DNA of 59,947 nt, filler included. It is 8 parts of 8 records of this genome, joined end to end, with 100 filler letters (N's around TTAATTAATTAA, not from the genome) between each part and the next. Parts side by side here need not be neighbours in the genome. Positions count along the whole stretch, not along the records: positions 51,358 to 59,947 come from SRR31147125_79120; 7 more parts are not named here. One strand, 5' to 3'. A program made the translations under genes and the position numbers. Shown one piece after another: positions 51,583-59,947 of this stretch. The notes under the pieces are model-generated. The model had not been told where the DNA came from. It did no database searches and saw only the letters and a list, made by a program, of their open reading frames with translations. Position 1 is the stretch's first letter. Each line of letters begins with the position of its first letter.

Positions 51583-52137
51583 ATGAAGCATATTGGAACA
51601 CAGCAAATAAAAACTGAACGTCTTATATTAAGGCAGTTTTTAATGAGCGATTTAAAATCTTCCTACAATAACTGGGTATCTGATAAGGATGTACAAAACG
51701 GCTACGGCGAACCAGTATATGATACAATAGAAAAAGCTAAAGAATTACTTGGAAAATATATACATAATTATGGTTCAAAAGATTATTATAGATGGGCAAT
51801 TATTGATAAAGAGAGTGATTTATGTATTGGTCAAATAGCGTTTTTTTTGGTTGACACTAAAAATCAATTATGCGAAATTGAATATTGCATTTCAAAAAAA
51901 CATCAAAATAAGGGTCTGACAACCGAAGCTGTAAAATCATTAATAGATTTTGGATTTAATCAAGTGGGATTTAATAGGATACAAATAAGTTGTAGGAATG
52001 TCAATTTACCCTCAAGGCGCGTCATTGAAAAATGTGGATTTTCGTTTGAGGGAAACTTAAGACAATTTTTTAATCATAATGGTGATTTTCAAGATAGATT
52101 ATATTTTTCTATATTAAAGCATGAATATATGAAATAA
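51583..52137 (+). CDS. GNAT acetyltransferase (RimJ/RimL-like)
   Basis: IKTERLILR, EIEYCI, QNKGLTTEA, N..SRRVIEKCGF.FEG. Confidence 0.9.
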   Translation: MKHIGTQQIKTERLILRQFLMSDLKSSYNNWVSDKDVQNGYGEPVYDTIEKAKELLGKYIHNYGSKDYYRWAIIDKESDLCIGQIAFFLVDTKNQLCEIEYCISKKHQNKGLTTEAVKSLIDFGFNQVGFNRIQISCRNVNLPSRRVIEKCGFSFEGNLRQFFNHNGDFQDRLYFSILKHEYMK

Positions 52138-52193
52138 TAATTTAAAAAAATTGTATGAACTTTATATTTAATATCCTTAATATATCTGAGTTT

Positions 52194-52691
52194 TTAATGC
52201 TCCGCTAATTTTTCTAATGCTTCGCCTGTTACTCTATAAATCCTACTGTCATCAATAGCAACTGCACCCATACTTTTGTAAAACGCAATTGACGGCTTAT
52301 TCCAATCAAGACACAGCAAGCTTATCCTACAACAATCTCTTTCCTTTGCGATTCTTGCGATACGTTTAAATATTTCTTTGCCAAGCTTTTTTCCTCTCAT
52401 GTCTGGGCTTACAAAAATATCTTCTATATATATACCAGTTTTACCGGCAAATCCTGAAAAGCCTTGATGAAAAAGTGCGAATCCTACAGGTTTGTTGTTA
52501 TATTCGCCTATCAATACTTCCGCTGATTTTTTATTAAAAAGTGTATCATGTAATATTTCTTCTGTTGCTGTAACTATATCCGAAACACCTTCATATTCTG
52601 CTAAATTCTTAATAAAATCTAATATTGTCTTCACATCGTCCTTCTTTGCGAACCTTATCTTAAACTCATCGATGTTTGTTTCAAATGTCAT
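52194..52691 (-). CDS. GNAT acetyltransferase (diamine/spermidine acetyltransferase-like)
   Basis: IKNLAEYE, GIYIEDIFV..RGKKLG, LDWNKPSIAFYKSMGA. Confidence 0.88.
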   Translation of the reverse strand: MTFETNIDEFKIRFAKKDDVKTILDFIKNLAEYEGVSDIVTATEEILHDTLFNKKSAEVLIGEYNNKPVGFALFHQGFSGFAGKTGIYIEDIFVSPDMRGKKLGKEIFKRIARIAKERDCCRISLLCLDWNKPSIAFYKSMGAVAIDDSRIYRVTGEALEKLAEH

Positions 52692-52859
52692 TTTGTTACC
52701 TCACTTAGTTTTATATGATAGTATTTTTATAAGTATATCACCAGCAAAATAATATTACAAGATTATACTAATATACAATAATAGTCATTTTAGCATATAA
52801 AAAACCATACACATTAAAGCAATATGCATGGTTGTCTTTTAATTATAAAAATTGTGTTT

Positions 52860-53561
52860 TTAACCCAAGTATGCTTCACGAACTTTATCGTCATTTAAAA
52901 GATCAGAAGCCTTACCATCTAAAATAATCTTACCAGTTTCTAAAACATATCCTCTATTAGCAATATGTAATGCTCTATTCGCATTTTGCTCAACAAGCAA
53001 AATAGTTGTACCAGCTTTATTAACCTTTTCAATGATGTCGAATATTTCGTCAACCAAAAGTGGAGCAAGCCCCATAGATGGTTCATCCATAAGCAAAAGC
53101 TCTGGTCTGCTCATCATCGCTCTTCCCATAGCAAGCATCTGTTGCTCTCCACCAGAAAGTGTTCCAGAAATCTGCTTCGCTCTTTCTTTTAGTCTTGGGA
53201 AAGATGCAAAAACATTTTCTAAATCTTCTTCTGTTTGTTTACCAACTTTATGAATATAAGCACCCATTTGAAGGTTTTCAAGTACTGTCATTCTTGAAAA
53301 AACACGTCTGCCTTCTGGCACTTGCGCCATTCCCATTGGCAAAATTTTATGTGCAGGAACTCTTGTAAGCTCCTTATCTTTATAAAGAATTGAACCCTTT
53401 GATGGTGCTAAAATACCAGATAAACTATGTAATATAGTTGTTTTACCAGCACCATTAGCCCCAATCAATGTAACAATTTCACCCTTAGAAACTTCAAAAC
53501 TCAATCCCTTAATAGCTTCTATACTTCCGTATGAAACATATAAATCAGTAACTTTTAACAT
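52860..53561 (-). CDS. livF: Branched-chain amino acid-type ABC ATPase
   Basis: GANGAGKTT, VPEGRRVF, LSGGEQQMLA, MDEPSMGLAP, LVEQNA. Confidence 0.93.
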   Translation of the reverse strand: MLKVTDLYVSYGSIEAIKGLSFEVSKGEIVTLIGANGAGKTTILHSLSGILAPSKGSILYKDKELTRVPAHKILPMGMAQVPEGRRVFSRMTVLENLQMGAYIHKVGKQTEEDLENVFASFPRLKERAKQISGTLSGGEQQMLAMGRAMMSRPELLLMDEPSMGLAPLLVDEIFDIIEKVNKAGTTILLVEQNANRALHIANRGYVLETGKIILDGKASDLLNDDKVREAYLG

Positions 53562-53573
53562 AACTTTTTCTCC

Positions 53574-54332
53574 TTACTCACCCAAGTATGCTTTAATAAC
53601 TTCAGGATTCTTTTTAATTTCATCAGGCAAACCTTTAGCAATTGTTTTACCATAATCTATAACAATAATTCTTTCACAGATATTCATAACAAAATGCATA
53701 TCATGTTCGATAAGTAAAATTGCGATATCAAATTCCTTTTTAACAAACTTGATGGTCTCCATCAATTCAATAGTTTCATTTGGGTTCATACCAGCAGCAG
53801 GTTCATCTAAAAGCAAAACTTTTGGATCAGTTGCTAGTGCTCTTGCAATTTCAAGCTTTCTTTGTTGTCCATATGGTAAGCTATTTGCTTTCCAATCAGC
53901 ATATTGATCCAAATCAAAAACCGATAAAAGCTCCATACACTTTTTGTTTGCCTCTTCTTCTTCTTTCCAATATTTTGGAAAACGAAGAATTCCAGAAAGA
54001 ATTGAATAGCTTTGTGATCCGTTGTACGCGATCTTAATATTATCAAGAACAGTCATATCGTTAAAAAGACGAATGTTTTGGAATGTTCTTGAAGCACCCA
54101 TTTCAACAATATCATATGGCTTTTTGCCAACAATGCTTTTTCCATCAATAGTAATATCCCCATCAGTTGGTAGATATACACCAGTTAACATATTAAAGAC
54201 AGTTGTTTTACCTGCCCCATTTGGTCCAATTAGCCCAACGAGTTCGTTTTTTTCCAATGATAGGTCGAAGTCACTAACAGCAACAAGACCACCGAATTGT
54301 ATGGTTAAATCTTTCACGTCAAGTAATGCCAT
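53574..54332 (-). CDS. livG: Branched-chain amino acid-type ABC ATPase
   Basis: FGGLVAV, GPNGAGKTT, RTFQNIRLF, LPYGQQRKLEIARA, IEHDM; own SD (GAAGGGGG) and ATG at 54332. Confidence 0.9.
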   Translation of the reverse strand: MALLDVKDLTIQFGGLVAVSDFDLSLEKNELVGLIGPNGAGKTTVFNMLTGVYLPTDGDITIDGKSIVGKKPYDIVEMGASRTFQNIRLFNDMTVLDNIKIAYNGSQSYSILSGILRFPKYWKEEEEANKKCMELLSVFDLDQYADWKANSLPYGQQRKLEIARALATDPKVLLLDEPAAGMNPNETIELMETIKFVKKEFDIAILLIEHDMHFVMNICERIIVIDYGKTIAKGLPDEIKKNPEVIKAYLGE

Positions 54333-55814
54333 TATTTTTTCGCCCCCTTCTTTCGTATCATTAGCTTCTTTTTCAGGTCGGTTTTTCAATATTTCTCTTA
54401 TCTTTTTAAAACTAATTTCATGCGCGCCGAAAAGTCCCTGTGGACGAACAATCATCATGACAATCAAAAGAACCGCATAAGCAATCATTCTATATTCAGC
54501 AAAATCACGAAGTGCTTCTGGTAACCATGTAAAGACACCAGCAGCCAAAATAGAACCAGTCATGGATCCCATACCACCTAGAACAACCATAACCAAGATA
54601 TCAACAGACTTCATAAAGCCGAACAAGGTTGGCTGTAAAAAGCCCATTTGAAATGCGTACAGACCACCACCAATACCGCCAATCATTGCAGAAAGAGCAA
54701 GTCCAGTAACCTTATATCTTGTTGAATTAATACCCACAGCTTCAGATGCTATTTCATTTTCCTTGATGGATATAATTGCTCTACCATGTCTAGACCGTGC
54801 CAGCAAGACTAAAAATGCCACGCACGCAATCATGAAGAAATATACATATGTAAAGTTCATGAGTCTTGGAATACCAGGTAGTCCTTGTGCACCGCCTGTG
54901 AAGCGAAGGTTGTTAATCACGATTCTGACAATTTCACCGAATGCCAAAGTCATAATAGCAAGGTAGTCGCCACGCAATCTTAATGCTGGGATACCAATAA
55001 TAATACCAGAAAGAGCTGCTAATAGGCCACCGCTCAAAACACTGATGATAATAGTTAGCAACACTGGCATACCAATATCCGTAAGAACCATACCGATCAG
55101 AGCCGCAGTGTATGCACCTATCGCCATAAAACCTGCATGTCCTAAAACAAGCTGTCCCAAAAAACCAGTTGAGAAGTTTAGCGATGTTGCCATAATTATA
55201 TTTATCGCAATAAATGTTATCAAACTTGCCCAATATCGATTGAGCACTTCGTAAGATATCAATAAATAAATTATATAGAAAATCACCAATATTCCGCCAA
55301 AATTCATCAGATAAGCGACCAATGTCTTTGATGCTTTTTTAAATGAAGCAACGGTAAACGCAGCAAACGTAATATATCCGACAACTAAAAGTATCAAAGG
55401 AATCAATTCTTGATAATAGAAATAATATAATTCAATGCAAAGAAGTAAAACACCTATATATTTTAGGATTGATTTTAATTTGCTTGATAACAGTGTATCA
55501 TTTACCAGCGTAAAGCAGATGATAGTAAGTACTCCTGCGATATAAAACCATAGTGGAATCATCTCTTGGTAATAAAAGAAGTAGAGTTCAACGCATAGAA
55601 GTAAAGCAGCTAAGTATTTAAACAATGTCCTAAATTGCTCGGAAACTTTCTTATAATATACAGCTACATAAAGTGCAATAATAACGACACCAATAATGTA
55701 AAACCACAATGGAATTAACTCTTGGTAATATGGAATATAGAGTAATATTGCCAATATCAACGTTATAGCATACCCAATAATATTAGAAAAGAATGATTTT
55801 ATTTGATTAGACAT
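54332..55814 (-). CDS. livM: Branched-chain amino acid-type ABC permease with a triplicated N-terminal extension
   Basis: GQLVLGHAGFMAIGAY, LRLRGDYLAI.TLAFGEI, VVLGGMGS, RPQGL; runs in-frame into livG, probably through a one-A insertion. Confidence 0.88.
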
Positions 55815-55817
55815 ATA

Positions 55818-56696
55818 TTACACCTTATCCTTTCTATTTTTACCAAGCAAGCCAGCTGGTTTTATCAGCAAGACAATAATCAGAATTAAAAATACAATCC
55901 CGTCAGCCCAAGTAGATGATATGTAACCTTTTGTAAAGGTTTCAACCAAACCAATTAGGAATCCACCCAGCATCGCACCTGGCATTATACCAATACCGCC
56001 AAGCACAGCAGCAACGAAAGCTTTTAGTCCTGGCATAATACCCATAGTTGGGTAAACTTGAGTAAATGCAATACTATATAAAATACCACCCAGTGCACCA
56101 AGCGCAGAGCCAATCGCAAATGTCAGCGATATGACACCGTTAACATTGATGCCCATAAGTGCCGCTGCATCTTTATCCTCAGATACCGCGCGCATCGCTT
56201 TACCTGGTTTTGTATTTTTGACAAATAGTTGTAAAATTATCATAAACAGTACAGATAGCCCTACTGTAATTATCGTAATTGAATCAATTTTAACCGAACC
56301 GATTTCAAATGGTTGCATACTAATCAGCTCCGGCATTCTCTTTGGTTCGGAACCAAAGATGAGTAACATTAAGTTTTGAAGCAAGAAACTCATTCCAATT
56401 GCTGTAATCAGCGCAGATAGCCTCGGTGCTTTTCTTAGTGGCGAATAAGCCACTTTCTCGATGATAATACCTAATATAGCTGTTAAAATCATCGAAACTG
56501 GTAGAATAACTAAAAATGGTAATGGTGAAAAAACCGCAAGTAAATATGCAAAGTATGAGCCAAAAACCATGATTTCCCCATGAGCAAAGTTAATCAAACG
56601 AACGATACCATATACCATAGTATAACCAATCGCGATAACAGCATATATGCTCCCTATTCTAAGGGTGTTAACAAGTTGTTGCAAAAAGAAATCCAA
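55818..56696 (-). CDS. livH: Branched-chain amino acid-type ABC permease
   Basis: GYTMVYGIVRLINFAHG, GKAMRAVSED, GLKAFVAAVLGGIG. Confidence 0.93.
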   Translation of the reverse strand: MDFFLQQLVNTLRIGSIYAVIAIGYTMVYGIVRLINFAHGEIMVFGSYFAYLLAVFSPLPFLVILPVSMILTAILGIIIEKVAYSPLRKAPRLSALITAIGMSFLLQNLMLLIFGSEPKRMPELISMQPFEIGSVKIDSITIITVGLSVLFMIILQLFVKNTKPGKAMRAVSEDKDAAALMGINVNGVISLTFAIGSALGALGGILYSIAFTQVYPTMGIMPGLKAFVAAVLGGIGIMPGAMLGGFLIGLVETFTKGYISSTWADGIVFLILIIVLLIKPAGLLGKNRKDKV

Positions 56697-56780
56697 TCGT
56701 ATTCCCCTCCCTCAATTAATTAAAAGAGCATAGCAAAGCGTTGCCTTGATATGCCCACATGTTTTTAAACTTTATAAATC

Positions 56781-56806
56781 CAAGCACCCAATATACATTG
56801 GGTGCT
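56781..56806 (-). other. Intercistronic stem-loop after the binding-protein gene
   Basis: AAGCACCCAAT-N4-ATTGGGTGCTT perfect inverted repeat; a second hairpin with a T-tract lies at about 56722-56756. Confidence 0.6.
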
Positions 56807-56828
56807 TTAAGATTGTGTATTAGTTTAA

Positions 56829-58037
56829 TTATTTTGCAGCAACTTTAGAGTCAAGTTTTAACATACCGTCTTTAACTGTAATCATAGCAACGCTCTTAAT
56901 TGGGTCACCATTTTCATCGAAAGAGATATCGCCAGTAACACCAGAAACTGATGATGCAGCTAGAGCAGCAATAACTGCTTCTGAATCAGTTGATCCAGCA
57001 GATTCCATTGCAGCAGCCATGATGTAAACTGCGTCATAAGCAAGTGCACCTAGTGCATTTGGAGTTTCAGCAAATTTTTCTTCGTATGCAGCTATGAAGC
57101 CTTGAACGATTTCTGATTCGTCGTCTGTAGCATAGTGGTTTGCAAAGTAGAAACCTTCTGCTTCAGCAGAGTAATCTTTTTCAATTCCATCCCATCCGTC
57201 TCCGCCTAAGCAAGGAACGTCTAATCCAGCATTTTGGATTTGAGATAAGATTGGTCCAACAACGTTTGCATAGTCTGGGATAAAGATAGAGTCAACACCA
57301 GCATCTTGCAACTTAGTGATTTGTGCAGCTAAGTCTTTGTTTTCTGCTGTATATCCTTCTTCTACGTATTCAATACCAGCTGCTTCGCAAGTCATAGCAA
57401 AGTTATCTGCAAGACCTTCAGCATATGCATTACCAATTCCTCTTAGGATACCAGGTTTTGTTGAACCTAAGCTATCTAGAGCAAATGTAGCCGCAACTGC
57501 ACCTTGATAAGCATCTGTGTAACATGCTCTGAACATGTTAGGAGCTTCTAAAGTAACCTCTGGATTTGTAGCTGTTGGTGTAAGAACAGGCATTCCATCA
57601 GCAACTGCTAGATCTTTAAATCCAAGTGTTGCACCAGAATATGTACCACCAACGATAGCAACAACTTCGTCTTGATCTCTTAATCTGTTGTAAGCATTAA
57701 CTGCTTCTGCAGCATCACCTTTTGTGTCATAATGGTAAAGCTCAATCATGCTTCCATTAATTCCACCAGCAGCGTTGATTTCTTCTGCAGCAAGCTCAGC
57801 AGCTTGTTTAACAGGTGTTCCGTGAACAGATGGATCGCCAGAAATTGGAGAAAGAACACCAATCTTGATTGGCTCACCGCTCACTTCAGCTTCTTCAGCT
57901 TCTTCAGCTTCCTCAGCAGGAGCTTCTTCTTCAGCTACCTCTTCTGCAGGTGCAGCTTCTTGTACATCCGATTTAGTACATGCGCCTAGTGTAAATACTA
58001 GTGCTAGAATTAATACTAAAACAATAATTTTTTTCAT
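56829..58037 (-). CDS. LivJ/K-family substrate-binding lipoprotein
   Basis: Lipobox LGAC, acidic linker, IKIGVLSPISG, EINAAGGING, AYDAV, GVTGDISFDENGD. Confidence 0.92.
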   Translation of the reverse strand: MKKIIVLVLILALVFTLGACTKSDVQEAAPAEEVAEEEAPAEEAEEAEEAEVSGEPIKIGVLSPISGDPSVHGTPVKQAAELAAEEINAAGGINGSMIELYHYDTKGDAAEAVNAYNRLRDQDEVVAIVGGTYSGATLGFKDLAVADGMPVLTPTATNPEVTLEAPNMFRACYTDAYQGAVAATFALDSLGSTKPGILRGIGNAYAEGLADNFAMTCEAAGIEYVEEGYTAENKDLAAQITKLQDAGVDSIFIPDYANVVGPILSQIQNAGLDVPCLGGDGWDGIEKDYSAEAEGFYFANHYATDDESEIVQGFIAAYEEKFAETPNALGALAYDAVYIMAAAMESAGSTDSEAVIAALAASSVSGVTGDISFDENGDPIKSVAMITVKDGMLKLDSKVAAK

Positions 58038-58174
58038 TTCTAAATTTCCTCCTATTTTAATATAAGTTTATAATAATGCATTTGCATATTAACAAAAACA
58101 GTCTGTATAAACTATATAAATTCCATTATATACCTTATACATTTAAGTTACAATATTTTTTTAAGTTTGGGCAT

Positions 58175-58245
58175 AAAAAAAGGATGCCGAAATTTTCCGA
58201 CACCGTTGTCTAAAAAAATATATCATAAACGAACAATAAAATCAA
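58175..58245 (-). promoter_or_regulatory. Putative promoter and attenuating leader: ANTAR-like hairpin overlapping an intrinsic terminator
   Basis: TTGATT-N17-TATATT; GAC-AACGGT-GTC hairpin (58199-58210); terminator GGTGTCGGAA/TTTCGGCATC followed by T7. Confidence 0.55.
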
Positions 58246-58667
58246 GAATATTTTGTTGATATAACGTTTATAACGATTATTCTTTAATACTTAAAGTAAT
58301 CAATACTTAAAACTTTATTTATTTAACCAACACTATAGTTCAGTTAATTTGTAAAAATATATTTACTAATTTTTTATCTTAAAACCAATTCAAAAGCATA
58401 TATATTAACTTTTTGTATAAAACAAACCATAAAAATGTTTACTACATACACACAGAATTAAAGCATCTATTAGCTATATAAATTTTAGTAAACTATTTAT
58501 CTAATTTTTATTGACAAATATTTAATATAAATAGTTGACAATTCCTACCCCATCTTATACCCTTAATTTGCTTTGCTTTGTCGCAAGTGTTAATAAAAAC
58601 AGTTTTTATGATAAAAGATACTATTTAAATAATGAAAACTAATATAAATGAAAGCTAGTAAAAAATT

Positions 58668-59947
58668 ATGAATAAAAACATTGAAAAATTAAGATCTATG
58701 GACATGAAAAAATTAGTAATACAAATGTCATTACCAGCCGTTGTCTCTATGCTTGTACAGGCTCTTTACAACATTGTAGATAGTATATTTGTATCAAAAA
58801 TTAACGAACAAGCTCTTACTGCTGTATCGCTTGCTTTCCCTATTCAGCTTATAGTTATAGCAATGTGTGTTGGTCTAGGTATTGGTCTGAATTCTGTAAT
58901 ATCAAGAAAACTAGGCGAGCAGGATATGGATACAGCAATAAACACAGCTGAACATGGTTTCTTTTTAGGCATAATACTGTGGATAATATTGGCTGTTCTT
59001 TCCATATTCTTACCAAGATATTTTGCTTCATTCTTTACAGATGATCCAGTCATAATTGAATACACAGTAGATTATATCACCATTATTCTATTGTTTTCAT
59101 TTGGTAGAATTTTTTCGCAAGTATGCATGAGCATTTTACAAGCCTCAGGAAATATGATTGCTTCAATGAAAATACAACTAATAGGTGCAATAACAAATAT
59201 TATATTAGATCCTATACTGATTTTTGGTCTTTTGTTTTTTAATCCAATGGAAGTAAAAGGTGCCGCCATTGCTACAGTACTTGGACAAATTTTATCTATG
59301 GCGTATGCGTTGGTTCTTGTTCTTAAAAGCAAAAGCGGATTAAAGCTCAACTTAAAAAAATTCCATTTCGATGGCGATATTACTAAAAAAGTTGTTTTTG
59401 TTGGTCTACCTGCTATGCTAATGCAAGGTATTGGTTCTTTGATGATTGGTGGAATGAATTATATCCTTGCTACATTTACCGCAACAGCAATTGCTGTATT
59501 CGGCGCATACTTTAAACTACAATCGTTTATTCTAATGCCTATATTTGGGATATGCCAAGGTACTATGCCAATAATTGGATATAACTTTGGAGCAAAGAAT
59601 AAACAAAGATTACTAAGTGCTGTAAAAATTGGCGTGTTAAGTTGTGTAATAATAGCTTTATCAGGAACTCTGGTTATGCAGATTTTCCCTGCTTATATTC
59701 TATCCTTATTTAATAGTTCTCCGCAAATGACGCAAATAGGTATAAGTGCGCTTAGAATTTTAAGTGCTGGTCTTACCCTAGCTGCCGTTAGCATAATGAT
59801 ATCAAATACATTCCAAGCTTTAGGAGATGCTCATTTGAGTTTGTATATAAGCATACTAAGACAAATTGTTGTTTTATTACCTTGCGCATTCCTTTTAAGC
59901 AGGTCTTTTGGATTATTCGGTGTTTGGGTTTCTTTTCCTATAGCGGA
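58668..59947 (+). CDS. MATE family efflux transporter, truncated by the window end (absent from the ORF track)
   Basis: Hand translation MNKNIEKL..MSLPAVVSMLVQALYNIVDSIFV..ALTAVSLAFP..NIILDPILIFG..GAAIATV..PIIGYNFGA. Confidence 0.93.
   Translation, partial: MNKNIEKLRSMDMKKLVIQMSLPAVVSMLVQALYNIVDSIFVSKINEQALTAVSLAFPIQLIVIAMCVGLGIGLNSVISRKLGEQDMDTAINTAEHGFFLGIILWIILAVLSIFLPRYFASFFTDDPVIIEYTVDYITIILLFSFGRIFSQVCMSILQASGNMIASMKIQLIGAITNIILDPILIFGLLFFNPMEVKGAAIATVLGQILSMAYALVLVLKSKSGLKLNLKKFHFDGDITKKVVFVGLPAMLMQGIGSLMIGGMNYILATFTATAIAVFGAYFKLQSFILMPIFGICQGTMPIIGYNFGAKNKQRLLSAVKIGVLSCVIIALSGTLVMQIFPAYILSLFNSSPQMTQIGISALRILSAGLTLAAVSIMISNTFQALGDAHLSLYISILRQIVVLLPCAFLLSRSFGLFGVWVSFPIA

Noticed and set aside
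54320-54350. Apparent LivM-LivG fusion (746-aa ORF)
   Set aside because: Junction GAAGGGGGCGAAAAAATAATG has an SD, and removing one A gives a TAATG stop/start overlap; most likely a homopolymer error

Overview
This window is not one locus. It is eight unrelated contigs (1-10196, 10297-17850, 17951-24698, 24799-30589, 30690-36734, 36835-44800, 44901-51257, 51358-59947) joined by seven 100-nt N spacers, each containing the all-frame-stop linker TTAATTAATTAA, which suggests a metagenome concatenation. Many conserved genes are split at short homopolymer runs, most simply explained as sequencing indels. Taxonomic labels below are inferred from protein style only. (1) Desulfobacterota-like: PilS-type kinase, lysS, lolC/E, lolD, bamA, skp, lpxD, lpxA. 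(2) mfd, an orphan tail-anchored protein, an aldehyde dehydrogenase, a HIT protein and a HisA homolog lacking the catalytic aspartates. (3) Low-GC sugar/polyol operon: ABC transporter, D-lyxose-isomerase family, MtlD-like, Zn dehydrogenase, CobW GTPase. (4) Bacteroidales-like housekeeping genes. (5) Polysaccharide locus interrupted by higBA, an AAA/DUF4143 ATPase, a damaged mazF/pemK, a four-helix-bundle pseudogene and short repeats. (6) Prophage head-tail module with a lambda-like head/neck, a P2-like contractile tail, a T6G -1 frameshift site and an antisense two-TM gene. (7) Clostridia-like: a CPBP (CAAX) protease fused to a degenerate (p)ppGpp-hydrolase-like HD domain, a Cys/Gly-rich peptide with a sigma-K-like promoter, ArsR, DUF1989 and an LRR surface protein. 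(8) Clostridia-like: two GNATs, a liv-type ABC operon with an ANTAR-like leader and a repeat-extended LivM, and a MATE transporter. The best novelty candidates are the CPBP-pseudo-hydrolase fusion, the pseudo-HisA, the LivM N-terminal repeats, the ANTAR-like leader and the prophage antisense gene. No CRISPR array, rRNA or tRNA was seen.
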